DNA from: Lytechinus pictus
Taxonomy: Eukaryota
Direction: 5' to 3'
Assembly: GCF_037042905.1 (NCBI RefSeq)
Contig: NC_087251.1
Location: forward strand, 42,100,001 to 42,164,000
Length of the DNA: 64,000 bases
Of the stretch, positions 28,263-42,277 are shown in pieces (the first letter of the stretch is position 1; each line of letters opens with the position of its first letter). Under the pieces are notes generated by a model that worked only from the letters and a program-made list of their open reading frames with translations, was not told where the DNA came from and made no database searches. The position numbers and the translations under genes are program-made.

Positions 28263-29308
28263 CAGTGGCGTATCTAGGGGAAACGGCACCTGGGGCACGC
28301 TCAAAATAATTATAAGCCCCTTCCAACAGCGTAAGAAGGAGGGCGAGGTGCGATTCGCCCTGATGAAAGCCCAAATAGCCCCCCTAAATTCCCCCAGAAT
28401 GCATGCTTCGTGGCAACCATTCTTTCTAGAATCGCCCCAAGATCTGTCACAAACAATATTCAAGGTTTTTTAGAAAATCAATAATATGGCAGAATAATGA
28501 TATTTGCTTTCACTGCATAATTTCTTGTTACCCCCAAAAAGTAGCCCTTAAAATGAAAGAGATAGCCCACAAAATTCTGCAATCACCCTAATGTGGAAAA
28601 AAAAAAAGCCTCTAAAAAATTAAAATTGTTACTCATCCTGCCTTCCAGCATCTCACCAAGAAGTACAAAATGGTTTATACAATGTGGTTTAATATATCAT
28701 GAAACAATTACATTTAAATAGTAATGTTCATTTTGTAATATATATTGCTTATAAGTGGAACATAATATTTAAAAAAAGAAGTTGATTATTGTTATATAGA
28801 TTTCAAAAAGTATTTAAAGCATATAAGAAATAGCCCACAAAAGAGAGAGGGACATGGGTTCGATCGAATCTCAGTCACAGCGTGTTTTCCTTCAGCAAGA
28901 AATTTATCCACACTGTGCTGCACTCAACCCAGGTGAGGTGAATGGGTATTTTGCAGGTTCAATTCCTGGAATGCACCAAGCGCCTTTCGCAGCTGGAGCT
29001 ACAGGCAGGGTAATATAGAGGGCGCCATTGAATAGGAAATAAGATAATTGACACCTCATAAATGCTATATATTATTATTATTGTACATAATTTAGGCCTA
29101 CACGTATAATTCTACTGTGATAGAGAGCTGAAATCCCACCCTTTTACTTATTTGTGATGGCTCCTTCATTATCAATCCAATCAATTAAATTGATGTTTCC
29201 TTTCATTTCTCTTCTCCTCCTTTTAATTTGTTTCTCTCTCTATTTTTACTCCCATCCATGATTGTGGCACACAGGAAATATGTCCCTTGAACCCCAACTG
29301 TGCCACTG
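28263..29308. mobile_element. hAT-like element carrying a nested SINE fragment (~28850-29082)
   Basis: CAGTGGCG / TGCCACTG ends; imperfect TSD ATAACTTT vs AAAACTTC; internal CCCAGGTG..AATGGGTA SINE core and (ATT)n tail. Confidence 0.5.
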
Positions 29309-29422
29309 AAAACTTCTATATCGAATTTTGTTTTGTTCAATAGTTGTCATGTCCAAGACCGCAGAAAGCAATGAATCTTGCCGTACTTCAAGGACACTTG
29401 TGCCTGGAATGATGGTGAGAAG

Positions 29423-29614
29423 TAGTCTGCAAACACAGACTCACATTTGAAACTTTAAACCAGTTATACCATGTCTGGAGTGAAGACTAAACGCCAAACT
29501 CTCTGCATGTATCAGAGCCTGCCACACAGTTCATAGTGAATCTAGTCTCACTACTTCAGACTCTGGACTATGCACTATAATTGCAAAAACCAAGGGTCTG
29601 TGTTTGAAGACTAG
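29423..29614 (+). mobile_element. Small TIR element (TAGTCTG ends); inverted sister copy at 38392-38590
   Basis: TAGTCTGCAAACACAGAC / GTCTGTGTTTGAAGACTA; internal sequence is reverse-complementary to 38392-38590. Confidence 0.7.
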
Positions 29615-29659
29615 GTAAGAAGGGCTCTGCTACAGTCACACCAATGAAACAGACTCCAG

Positions 29660-29812
29660 GGGCCCCAGTTACACAAAGCTTAACAATGATCGTAGAACAT
29701 TTTTTACAATTGATTGCATTGACTACAATGTACAATCAGGGATATATCCCTGGTACAATCCATCGTGAAAACCAAGCACACCATTAATCGCTAACCTTTG
29801 TGTCACGGGACC
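29660..29812. mobile_element. Harbinger-like MITE
   Basis: ACACAAAG.TTA / TAACCTTTGTGT inverted ends; CAG and CTG flanks. Confidence 0.55.
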
Positions 29813-30277
29813 CTGATCCACATAAGCTATCACATTGTTTCCAAAGAAATACAATTGGTCTGGGAGGAGTGGGTTTCGCTGGTGTGACTTGGGCACCAAT
29901 GTGGCGGTGTCTAGCTGTGATGGATTGATGATCAGAGAGAGTTGATTCTGACATTGATCCATGAGACCATGTTGTGAAAATAAACCTGACCTTGCAGACT
30001 GACATGTGACCTCCATTACTCACAGGAATTTCTATGATTTCCCCCCAGTGCTTTGGCAATCTCCTGGTTGCTCTCCCCAACCCCTAAAAAAAAAACATTA
30101 CAGGCAAAGTTGAAAAGGGAAAAATAAATTCCAGATATTACCAGAACACACCCTACTGAGAAAGATAAGAAAAATGTTTTATTAGAGTGTTTGTGAAATA
30201 GGATACTAGCAATGTAAGGCGCTTTTCATGCTTTTACAATAATTCTCGTTTCCAATATTATTTACTATAGATTTATA

Positions 30278-30624
30278 CGCCGTGGTGTAGCGGTTCTGAC
30301 TCTCGCCTTGTAATCAGAGGGTCGTGTGTTCGAATCCCACCATGGCCTAGCGTCCTTTGACAAGGCGTCATTCCACAATTTGCCACTCGCCACCCAGGTG
30401 TTAAATGGGTACCCGGTAGGATGCGAAAGCCTATGTAGTATGCCTAGCAATTGAGTCTTGGAACTCTTGTTGGAATGCTCCCCAGGGAGTGGAGAAGGTG
30501 CATACATTGTATGCGGGCATGCAAGGATCTGATGACTGGGGTAAAAATATATCTGTAAAGCGCTTAGAGACGTCGTTCCGATGTGTTAAGCGCTATATAA
30601 ATGCGGAATATTATGATTATTATT
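30278..30624 (+). mobile_element. Full-length tRNA-derived SINE
   Basis: A box TGGTGTAGCGG, B box GTTCGAATCC, central CCCAGGTGTTAAATGGGTACC, LINE-like tail AAGCGCTATATAAATG and (ATT)n end. Confidence 0.85.
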
Positions 30625-31898
30625 AGTCCGTTGAACGGGGGGGGGGGGGGGGGTTAAATTCTACTGATGTGCACAAGTGTGACCACCCCAAAAAAAGTTA
30701 ATAAAAATAGTAACTTCTGGGTGTCCACAAACTTGGGGGGGGGGGGGAGAACTAAAGAAGCAAATAAGGCCCATATCTCCACGGAAAATGTCATGCTTAT
30801 GAACTATGATAATGAAAATTATTTGGGGCTAACCATGATTAGCATTTTGTCATAATGTTAGCTCTAATTACCAAGTGCTTTTGTTCAAATGTGATATTCT
30901 GTTTGATGTATAAGTACCTACCTGGCAGTCAGATTTTGGTAACAAATTCAATTCTATTCAATTCCAGTTTTTAAAGAAGTGAAACTACATCAAACACAGT
31001 TTAATTTCAAATATAGGATGAATTGATATAAGCATTAATTCAGTTTTGATTCCTAGAATGCAACATGTCGGTAAAACCTGATAAAATTTAGCGAGTGTGG
31101 TATATCAGTTGAAACTAAAGGGAACAAAAAAGGAAAACTCTCTTTGAACCCCCCAAAATATATGACCGATGAGATTTAAGAGGAAATTTTCCGTGATGGG
31201 AATAACCATGAAGCTATAGTCCTTGGAATAACTTTCCTTCATGACTATAAAGGACTCCTGAAGATTAATATCATATCTTTATGATCTAGGACAGGAATTG
31301 AAAAGTTTCCTCTCCCACCAGCACACTAGTTATGTTTCTACCTCAAGGGAGTACTTCGAGTCACACATAGAAGCACATTTTCAGTACTGAAAGAAACAAC
31401 AATTTCCAAAAGGCGTTACTCCAGGACTTATGGAATTTCAAAGTTCAAGGCAATCAAAACTGAAAATAGAAACTATCCTATCCTTCTGGGATGAAAATGT
31501 GTTAAGCTGTACTATGAGATCCTCTGAATGTGTAAAAGTCAGTCAATATAAATAACTTGTTTTTGACAATATCTTCACCACTGCTTTCATTCTCGAGATG
31601 GAAATCTTCTTATGAATTCACTGTTTTTTTTAGGTCCATCCAGCAAGAGGCATGAATCTTTGTATATAAATATTTATGTCACCACAAAGCAAAAATAAAT
31701 AATTGGTGCTTACTGAATAATATATGAACTACATAAAAAAAAATCTTTAAGGCTTGTTGACTTCTGTTTGTGTTTTCAACTGGGCATATAGCCATAGAAA
31801 AGGTCACTCATCCCATACACTCCTTTTGACCACCTATCGGCTTTTCTGACGATGGAGTCTTCATGTATGGCTATTGGAGGAAGACCTATAAACTCCTG

Positions 31899-32489
31899 GG
31901 CCCCCCCCTTTCATAAAGAGCTACAACTGTTGTAACTTTTCCATTATGGTAACTACCATGGTAACCTTGATTCTGATTGGCTGCTGAGCCCTGTTGACAG
32001 ACCTGTCAACACTCCAACCAAAAAAGTATTCTTATAAATTATAAGGAAAAAAAGTATTTTTTGACAAAAAAGAATATTTTTAAAAATTTGTCTCAACGTA
32101 AGAATCGCCAGCCCGTTGTAGTGAGGTCGATGAAAAAACATGTGAAATGACTCTACTTGAAAACTTGATAATTCACCATTTTAAGCATGTGATCGTATTC
32201 AAGAATTTACTTGTTCTTTTCATGCAACAAGTTGCTGGCCCGACAGTGATTTTTTCCGGTCTGGGACTGTCGCACCGGCGCTAGTGTCACGCGCTGTGTA
32301 TTATACATACTCCATGATCAGAAATGTTTAAAAAAGTAACAAATCATACAAAAAAAGTATTGGTATATTTATAGCAAAAAAGAGGAACAAATACTCCAAA
32401 AAGGGAACAGTTGGCTTGTCTGTTGTTGCCATGGTAGTTGCCATTATGGTAAAGTTACAACAGTTGCAAGTCCTTTATGAAACGTGCCC
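31899..32489. mobile_element. Harbinger-like MITE with nested insertion(s)
   Basis: TTTCATAAAG..ACAACTGTTGTAACTTT.CCAT / ATGGTAAAGTTACAACAGTTG..CTTTATGAAA; CTG flanks; internal CAGACCTGTCAAC element at ~31998-32422. Confidence 0.7.
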
Positions 32490-35400
32490 CTGAACTTACA
32501 TTACCTCCCAACCTCCAACTTTCTCTTCCCCTTCCAAAAATACATTGCATCACACTATGCTCACGACAATACCATGTTTGATATTATGATTGATATGATT
32601 TCTGAGATGTAATCATATTTCCATGATGACTCCCAAGGATTAGCCACTGAACGTCATCAATATTAAACAAAATTGAACTCTTGAGTGTGAGTGGATAGAG
32701 GAAAAGCTAATGTCCGTCTGTCCTGTTACGAGGTGTCTGGATAAGGTTGGTGAAATGGAAAACCCTGCCTACAAGATGCATGAATATCAAATTTGTTTAC
32801 ATGTTGAACACAGCGTGTTGTCTGGTTGAAAAATATCCAACACAACAGCTTTTTAGTTGTCATAAAGGAAGTGAGTGTCTCATTGGAACTTGACGGCAGA
32901 CAATGTGATCATTTAAAACATGATTTAAATACCCAGTTATTTATCTAATTTTCAAATTGTCTTCTAAAAGCTAGATCATCCTCCTTGTACAGTCGGCTAC
33001 AGAATATTTCATAACTCAATCGGGGTGACCCAAATATATGAATGAACACATGCACCGTGACCCACGCAATAAGAACGCCATAATGTTATTTTGGCTAAAA
33101 GTTAAGAGAAATAAAGTTACATTTTCGAATGAAAGACGCAAAATAGAGGAAAATGTATATCCTGGAGTCTTTCCCATTTAGGGAATCCTTTCCCACATAC
33201 TAGTTATAATTTTTGTGTGATAAAGTATTCCTGGATATCAATCAGGATGCATGTTTCATAAGGTTTACACTCGTTTGAGGAGGTCAATGTACACAGTAGT
33301 ATGTGGAAATTCAAAATTGTCTCTTTTTTTGACAAATGAAATATCCTGTGGTCACATAATAATTTACAGCAAAATAGCCAAGCACCCCTCTCTGATAACT
33401 TGTTAAGATTGAAAGGGTATTTACAGAGTTCATGCCCCTTCTGGCAATTAGTACATGACGAAGTAGTATAAAGCAAGCTTGAATGTTTCAATTTCATACT
33501 CCAATGATTGAGGGTAATTGGGGATTCATACATTGCTGTCTCGGCAATGAAAAGGTGGCAGAAATTGAGTTTGTCTATAATTATTGACTGAAATTACCAA
33601 CTGTAAACTGAAATGGAGTACAAAAGTAACAAAGTAGAGGAAAAAGAGCCATCTTACAAAAGGTTCGGATGGATAAAAATCAAACTTAGATTGTGATTGA
33701 TTTAAAATTCCCATCTCATAACTACACAAAGTTAGATCAATCGAAAATTTGAGTTAAATCAATCACGATTCTAAGATGGGGCCCAGGTGGGCCACTCGAC
33801 AAACCTGGGGACTATTTCATGAAAAAATAAGTGATTTCCACTAAGTTCTGTTACAAGCTACTAAAATCCTTGCATCTGCTTGGATAAGAGCAAATTTATC
33901 AGTGAAAATCAGTGATTATTTGTTTCATGAAACACCCCTTTGTTCAGAAACAAACTTGACAATGTCACATACACATATGCCCATTAAAAAATCACGAATT
34001 CAAAATGGGTGAAATATGCGGAGGATTTAATTAATCTTTCATGAGACGAGCTTCAAAGAATAATTGTCATAAATAAGTATGCCCTTCTGGATAGGTTTTC
34101 ATAGCAATATTCTCACATTTGTTTATATTTATTTCAAGTACATATTAAAGTGAATATGTTAACTTTGAAACCCAAGAGTAATTGGGGTTATTATTGCATT
34201 ATAAAAGTCTTAGACTGTGGAATATTTTTAGACTCTTGTTTAAACCTCCATATTTAAAAAACTATAATTACATTTTCATTGTTATAATCTAAATTCAATC
34301 TCTTGCATTTATTGCAGCTAATATTTTGTTTCTTGTTTCCTTCTCATCATAACCACCATTACATGAGTTGCTGTGAACAAGTTCATTACCGATACTTTTC
34401 TGGTTTCTGGGCAAACCCTCCCAAAGAGGAGTATGTTACTCTGGCCTTTGCATTAATTTGGCAGACGAAGCCAAATAACATACATCATCATCTAAATAGA
34501 GCATTTTAGCCATACATTAAAAACACGTATTTTGGTCTGCATCAATTGCCTGTGCAGTATCAGAGCGTATCCCTAAAAAGGACCGAAATCCGACAAATGT
34601 CCCATAGGCTCCTGTACAAATTTTGCCATTGAATATGGGACCGTATTCAACAGTCTAGTGCGCATGCGTGAAATATATAATGCGTACAACTATGAAAGCA
34701 ATGCTATGAGCAGCATGGGGCACAACTACGCTTGATGACGTCATAATGAACTACACGGAAGTCACATGTCAACGACAAAATTGATCCTAATGAAGTGATG
34801 AAGCCATAATGTGATAAGTGATATGACTTGTTTAATCAAATTTCTCTCTTTTTTGGGGGGGATGGGATAGATGATATTAATTATAAAATAGCCTTAAAAA
34901 CGGACATAATGAAGTAATGGAGTAAAATCGCATGAATGACTAAAATGCTAGAGCAAAACAATATATAACAGAACCAAAGCTAGACAATGGACGCTAAATG
35001 GCGAGCCATGATTGGTTGTCAAGGTAAACAATTTAGGCTTAGTACCAGCCATAATAACTATAATGGATGGCTTTATTTCATGGAATACCACAAAAGGCTT
35101 TATTTCAAGGAATACCAGAAATATCCCACTCGTTAAGGCCAATATTCCTCTCATCTGCCATTCGTTTATTTGCCCAAACTCTTGGAAAATTTCTGGTATT
35201 CCATTCTGAGCCATCCAATTAATATAATTATAGCATACCAACTGAACTTTCAGGAGGTGGTTTGCACCCCCAGCAACATAGCTTCCAATGATTAAGAAAA
35301 TTTAATCAGGTACACTTTGAAATGCTCAAGTATAATCTCAAATATTGTTTAAGGTCAAACATGAAATCTCAAACAACTGCTGAATTTATAGTTCCTGATA

Positions 35401-35924
35401 ATAAATCTAAGGGAAAAATTCAATGCCTGATGACAATTGTGCAAAGTTTCTGACAAGAGTATTACCAATCGAAGCTTACTGTCCTTCTAATATGTCAAAG
35501 CAGAAAGCAAATTGGGAATATCTTGATGACTTTCGTTTCAACCTTGATTCTAAAAAGCCTTGAAATAAAGAGGATGTAGTCCATCTTGCTTCTGAATTAA
35601 ACATAAGTCAGAGATTAGCTGCATCTCCCATGCATCAATGGATAGTCAAACTGTCTAGATTTCTAAATCACTCTGATCAAAACCAAAGTTCATTATCAAG
35701 TGGCGCTCCTCGATGCCAAATCATGAATACTTTATGAAGAGATGATGGGAGTTGTGTCCTTTTCTCCTCTCCTTGTCTCTATCTCTTTCTCTCTCTCGTC
35801 GTCAATATCATGCCATGAGATTGATCAAATCACAGGTTGGTTGAAAGTCGAGGTGTAGTATAGGTGTCATGATATAGTGGTTGTATCACTAGCCAAGAGA
35901 CAGATGAAGATTAGACAGGTCCTG

Positions 35925-36143
35925 GGGGGGGGGGGTGTTTCACAAAGATTTCAGTATGACTTGGAGTCGCACTTAAATGCCTAGTTGTGTGCAGTAGAAA
36001 AGGCATTGCCGCATTGGTCAGATCATGCCAAGAGGATGCGCACTACTGCGTCTTGATCGATAAGATTGCGCGCTGCATTTCATGTATGCGTCGGCATTTA
36101 AGTGCGACCCTAAGTCATACTTAAACCTTTGTGAAACACCCCC
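35925..36143. mobile_element. Harbinger-like MITE
   Basis: GGGGTGTTTCACAAAG..AGTATGACTT / AAGTCATACT..CTTTGTGAAACACCCC; CTG and CAG flanks. Confidence 0.75.
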
Positions 36144-36316
36144 CAGGAGGAGGAGGATTGGGCCAGTATCTTTTGATTCCCTCCACACAGCTGGTGGCAA
36201 CACCTACATGTAGGAGGGAGGTGGTGCTCAATTAGGACCCTTGCCCTTAATATGCTCTCTCCCAAATAAATACTTGATGCCACCACTGCCTTCCAGCACA
36301 ATATGATACTTCTTAA

Positions 36317-36910
36317 AGGTCAAGTCCAACCCAGAAAATGTTGGTTTGAATAAATAGAGAAAAATCAAACTAGCATTAAGCTAATTCATCTAAATCGGAT
36401 GTAAAATAGGAAAGTTATGACATTTTAAAGTTTCGCTTATTTTTCACGAAACAGTGATATGCACAATTCAGTAACAGGCAAACGAGACAGTCGATGATGT
36501 CCTTCACTCACTATTTCTTTTGTTTTTTATTGTTTGAATTATACAATATTCCGTTTTTACATATTTGACAATAAGGACCAACTTGACTGAACCATATAGT
36601 GTTAAATAATGCTAATTCCGCGGGTTCAGGGAGGAATTAATTGTTGTTTCATATGACAATGAGGAGAAAATTAGAATATTTCATATTTCATCTAATAAAA
36701 TACAAAAGAAATAATGAGTGGATGCCATCAGTCTCCTCATTTGCATACCGACCAAGGTGTGCATATAACTGTTTCGTGAAATTAAGCAAAACTTTAAAAT
36801 GTCATAACTTTCTTATTTTATAACTGATTTTGATGAAATTTTCAGTGTTATGCCTGTTGGATTTTTCCCTTTTTATTTGAATCAACTTTTTGTTGGGGCG
36901 GACTTGTCCT
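36317..36910 (-). mobile_element. Kolobok-like element, same family as 12870-13463, opposite orientation
   Basis: TTAA-AGGTCAAGTCCA ... GGACTTGTCCT-TGAA; shares the spurious SSFAYRP..YNCFVKLS ORF. Confidence 0.85.
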
Positions 36911-37042
36911 TGAAGGGAAAACTTTGAGCACTGGGGAAAGCAAGGCATTTATTAATGCACACAAGATAAAAACTATATTTAACACCAGAGGGGGGGGGGG
37001 TAGGGCTCAGTAAGAACTCTCCCCCTTTTGTTCCCTCCTTAA

Positions 37043-37232
37043 AGGACAAGTCCACCCCAACAAAGAGTTGTTTCTAATATAAAGAGAAAAATCCAACAAC
37101 CATAACACTGAAAATTTCATCAAAATCGGATGTAAAATAAGAAAGATATGAAATTTTAAAGTTTCGCTTAATTTCACAAAACAGTTATATTCACATCCTT
37201 GTCGGTATGCAAATGAGGAGTCTGATGTCTTC
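37043..37232 (+). mobile_element. Truncated Kolobok-like element
   Basis: TTAA-AGGACAAGTCCACCCCAAC left end only. Confidence 0.75.
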
Positions 37233-38391
37233 ATCTTCAAAAACAAATTCATAATTTACAGAATTTGCCATTAATATGCACATTGCATCACATGCATAAT
37301 ACATTAAGATATTATCAGTGGTTGAATGATAAATCACCATTGTTTGTTGGCTTTGATAATGTTTTAAGGTTCAAAACTAATTGACATGCAGGTTGTGATC
37401 TTCAGTCAGAGTTCAACATATATGAGACCATCAATCTAAGGAACAATATCAATGACAGAATAGTCATTCAAAAGATTCATAAATCAAAATGCATGCAAAC
37501 CTTGGAAAAAACAAAGGGGGGGGGTGTAAATACATTTTGGATAACTGGACAAATTTAACACCCATTTTTCCCAACTTTGAAGGCAATTTTGTCTTTTGAA
37601 CAAAAGTTAAACCTGATTTCAAAAACAATCATTAAAGATACATGTAATTTCTTTACAAAAATCAAGATGGCATTTTGTTTTTCCTCATATATAACTGTGG
37701 ATCTACTTCTGTTCACGATGGAAGCTGTTTTTAACATTTCCCGTGGTCCAGTGATGTTTAGCACACAACTGAACCAGGTGCAGTTTTACATAAAATTATT
37801 TCAAAAATTAGTGATCTCGGATCTGGGATTTTATCTGGATGCTAAAGGAGATACAATTTATGTTCTTGCTGACAAATCTTTCTTGATAGTGTGAAAAGGA
37901 CTGGAAATTACAATACGAGAGGGCAGATTATCTATCAGTTGAAAACATCAAGTTTGAGTTGTCAAATACTTTTTTAAAAATATATTTACTCCATTAGTAA
38001 AGGGGCAAAATATTCATAAATATGTATGATATTCTTCAGTTTTTTTTCTTGTTTTAAGCATTCTTTGCACGTTTCTCTGTGAGAAGCATAGGACACTTGC
38101 CCCTGCTAATTATGATCACCAGCAAAAATTTGTATTCCCAGAAAAGGTCCTATGCATAAAACCTTTTTCATCATTGTCATTAAAGATGCATGAAAATAAT
38201 TTACATTTAAACAATATCTCTCATAATTAGTAATCTATCTATGAATGCATAATGGCTTACGGTTTATGATCCAGATTGGACTCATTCATCCATGAATATA
38301 AACTACCTTATTCCAAAGTTCAGAAGTAAACATCTGTTGTATAGTATTTTGTGATGTATCATGATAAAATGCACAGGAGGGAAGGGGGAGG

Positions 38392-38590
38392 TAGTCTGCG
38401 GGCACAGACCCTCGGTTTTCACAATTTCGCATAGTGCATGACACAGAGTCTGAAGTTGTGAGACTAGATTCATCATGCACCGTGGCTGGCTCGACCAATT
38501 GTTTGACAGAGAGAGACTTTGGAGTCTAGTCTTCACTCTAAACATGGTTTTAGTTTAAGTGTCAACTATGAGTCTGTGCTTACAGACTAG
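38392..38590 (-). mobile_element. Small TIR element (TAGTCTG ends)
   Basis: TAGTCTGCGGGCACAGAC / GTCTGTGCTTACAGACTA; reverse-complement homologue of 29423-29614. Confidence 0.7.
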
Positions 38591-39295
38591 GGTGGTGGGT
38601 TATTGAGCACTACAGTTATGTATACCATCCTAAAAGAGCATTCTTGTAATATAGAGGTATTTCAAGACTTTTTTATCAGGATATTTATTACAGAATTTCC
38701 TTTATCATATTCACATTCCTCCCCAGTTCACCAACTCATTTCATTTTGGTGTTGCTGCTGAAAATGATTACTTAATTGAAGTTTTCAGGTGTATTTCTTT
38801 AAGTGCTATACAAAATAGATTCAACACATAGGCCTACGCCTAAAATAATGTTGTTATATTAATAATAATAATAGTAACATATTTTACCCAGGGTAGCCAC
38901 TGTTTGTTTGTATGGCTCTATGTAAAACAACCAGACAATGTGTTATCACTAACATCTTAGATTGTAAAATTTATAATACTAAAATTATCACATCTACAGA
39001 TCATAAACAATGTGAAGAAGTATTTTAATCTGACCCATGGCATAGTTTCTTTCAGTAAGAAGTCTAATGACATTGTGCTGTTCAACACCCAAATGAGCTA
39101 AATGGGATCCTGACTGGAAGTCATGACTTGCAACACAGAAGCTTGTAATAGCTGCTCTGCTAAAGATAGGGTCATTATGCTGTACTATTGTGGAGCTCTT
39201 AGAGAATTCTTGTAAATCAAGTATTACTAGTACTTCATTAAGAGCATCACCTTCCGGTCATCTTTCCCCAACAAAATACCGTGTGCTGCACCTGA

Positions 39296-39716
39296 CCATT
39301 TCCATCATCCTCATCATTACCATAATCATCATCATCATCGACAGCAGCATCAGCATCATCATCATCATCTTCATCGTCACCAACATCATCATCACCATCA
39401 TCATTATCATCATCATCACCATCATCACCATCTCCACCACCATCACCATCACCATCATCATCATCACCATCACCATCACCATCATCATCATCATCATCAT
39501 CTTCATCATCATCAACATCATCATCACCATCATCACCACCATCATCACCATCATCATCACCATCATCAACAGCATCATCATCATCATCTTCATCATCATC
39601 ACCACCACCACCACCTTCACCATCATCATCATCATCATCATCATCAACAGCATCATCATCATCATCTTCATCATCATCACCACCACCACCACCTTCACCA
39701 TCATCACCATCATCAC

Positions 39717-39748
<32 letters not shown>

Positions 39749-39948
39749 CCATCATCACCACCATCATCACCATCATCATCACCATCATCAACAGCATCAT
39801 CATCATCATCTTCATCATCATCACCACCACCACCACCTTCACCATCATCACCATCATCATCATCACCACCACCATCATCATCATCACCACCACCATCATC
39901 ATCATCACCACCACCACCATCATCATCATCATAATCGTCATCATCATC

Positions 39949-39992
<44 letters not shown>

Positions 39993-40177
39993 CAGCATCA
40001 TCATCATCATCTTCATCATCATCACCACCACCACCACCTTCACCATTATCATCATCATCATCACCATCATCATCATCCAGTGGGTTCCCTTTTTTCATTT
40101 CTGTATATTATATTTTTTTGTGTTTTGCTAAATACATTGTAACTTTTGTTAAATTTTGGAATGAAAAAGAATAAATG

Positions 40178-40216
<39 letters not shown>

Positions 40217-40256
40217 CACCACCACCACCACCACCACCACCACACCATCATCATAT
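39296..40256. repeat. Compound (CAT/CAC)n microsatellite with a (TCAA)n run
   Basis: Direct reading of the sequence; it produces the poly-I/T, poly-D/G and poly-M/V ORFs in the track. Confidence 0.97.
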
Positions 40257-41970
40257 TACTTGCTACATTGCAGGAATTGTACAGAATCAAACTGGTAGTG
40301 GTACAGTACCAACTTCGTTTCCGAACACTGCGCATCCACATTCCTCTTCACATTATCGATTGCAAGATTTTGACCATTTTCCTCGCACTTAAACACTTCT
40401 GGTTGCAACCTTACTGTTTTCCTGACCCAAATAATAAACAGAGCTACCCCATCGAGCAGAAAATAGAATTGATAAAAGTAGCCCCTGTACCAGCAGTGCT
40501 TGTTATGAAGAGAGAGTGTGTATGAAGTGTCTAGAGCAACAGGGGACCAAGCTCCAAACTCACTTTCCATTTCCCAAATTAATATATTGAATAATACTAA
40601 ATAGGGGGTAAATTGCATTGCATGGGGTTGTTATTAAAATGGCATTTAAGAAATGTAATAAAGGACATCATGCTGAAATTGGCCCAGGGGAGGTTATTAA
40701 ACAAAACAGAGGTTGAAAGATATCCACAAAAAAGCAAGGTTACAAAAGAACGGCTTTATGAATTTGCATAAACTTAATACTCTATCATTTTGCTGCAAAG
40801 TACATCTCAGCATGGATATTAATTCATTTCCCTGTAAAAAAACCCCCTCAACTCTTAACACATATAATGGTTCTCCTTTATTATAAGTTCTGTCAATCAT
40901 ATGTCATTACGGAAGCTGAGATAATAGGCTTAGCACTTGAGCTCAGATGCTCTCAATGGAATGCTCCCCAGGGAGTGTATTGTGTGTGGGCAAGTCAGAA
41001 TCCAAGGTGTGTGTGTGGGGGGGGGGGAGGTAATAATAATCTTACAGATGCTATTCTAAAGTATTACGAGCTATACAAAAGCATACAATTTTTTAAAATC
41101 AATATTAGTCTTCTATAAATTTCTAAATGTTGATATCAACATCTTTTTTTAATATCATATTTAAGCATAATGAAAGTTTATTGAAAGGAAATCTCTTAAA
41201 TAAATTCAACAGATGTATGGATGGATCAATTTAAATACACTCCAGTCCATCAGTGCGAAACCTGCAAACTACATAATAGATTTGGTAGGAAAATTAGAAA
41301 GATAGATAACCAAGATAACCATAAAAACTTGCCTTCAAGATTTTGTTTCCCCTCAAATGAATTCCATAACTATTCTCTTCTTCTTCTTCTTCTATAATCA
41401 ACTATGTACTTTTTAATTTATTTGGATTAAAAAGATTTCTTTTTATTAAGAATGTTTTCTTAAATCTTGACTTTTTTCTCCAAGCCCTTGTCACAGCCAC
41501 AGTGCCTCTATAAATCTAAAATGCAAATACATAATAACGCCAGGGAAATAGAATCATACATGTCTACGAGTGACCAAGAGCATATTCATGAACCAAGCGT
41601 GCAATTGTCTGATTGATAATGGCAAGCTTTCCGGACTCGCGTTACGATAATTCACTGCAGCGACAAGTCCGTGCTCTGCGGCCTGTTTACTTGCAAACTT
41701 GAGAGCAAAACGTGTAAATAACGGTAATTCAAGACCCTTCTCGTGATTGATGGTATATAGTTCAAGCCAAACGATATAGGTCAAACTTGAAAGACTGTCT
41801 CGCAGTGCCACATTCGCAAAAGATTGCTTGATGAGTTGAATAAAAGTTGCTCATAAAATGACTACTAAAAATGCAAAATTTCCATTCATACAATCAACAC
41901 CTTGTAAGTGTCAAATGTGAGCTAGGTCGATTCAGTTCCAATTTTGGTGTGATCTTGGATTACACACATT

Positions 41971-42277
41971 GGCCGTATTCTGACTTCAGCTTTAACTTAC
42001 ACCATGGCCTAACTCTGCTAAAATTATGGGAAGCCAAAATTGTCAACATTTTTATCAAGTTGTACGTTTCTTTTGTTTACCGTGCTCTTTCCTGATTCAT
42101 CGATGGTGAAGACAATCACCTATTTATACTTCCTAGACAATTATGAATGATTTGAGAGCCAAATGAGCTGAAATGTGATATCTCTACTATAGCGATTTAT
42201 GGAACAATTGGCCATCCATACTTAAACCACAACTTTACACCGGAGTTTAAGGTAAACCTGACTTCAGAATACGGGCC
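41971..42277. mobile_element. MITE with 3-bp TSD, family copy 2
   Basis: Colinear with 10232-10520; ATT on both flanks. Confidence 0.8.

Noticed and set aside
30278..30350. tRNA gene
   Set aside because: The tRNA-like head continues into a SINE core and (ATT)n tail, so it is a SINE.
39190..40131. Long ORFs of 313, 283 and 272 aa (poly-Ile/Thr, Asp/Gly, Met/Val)
   Set aside because: Artefacts of a stop-free CAT/CAC microsatellite that is open in several frames at once.
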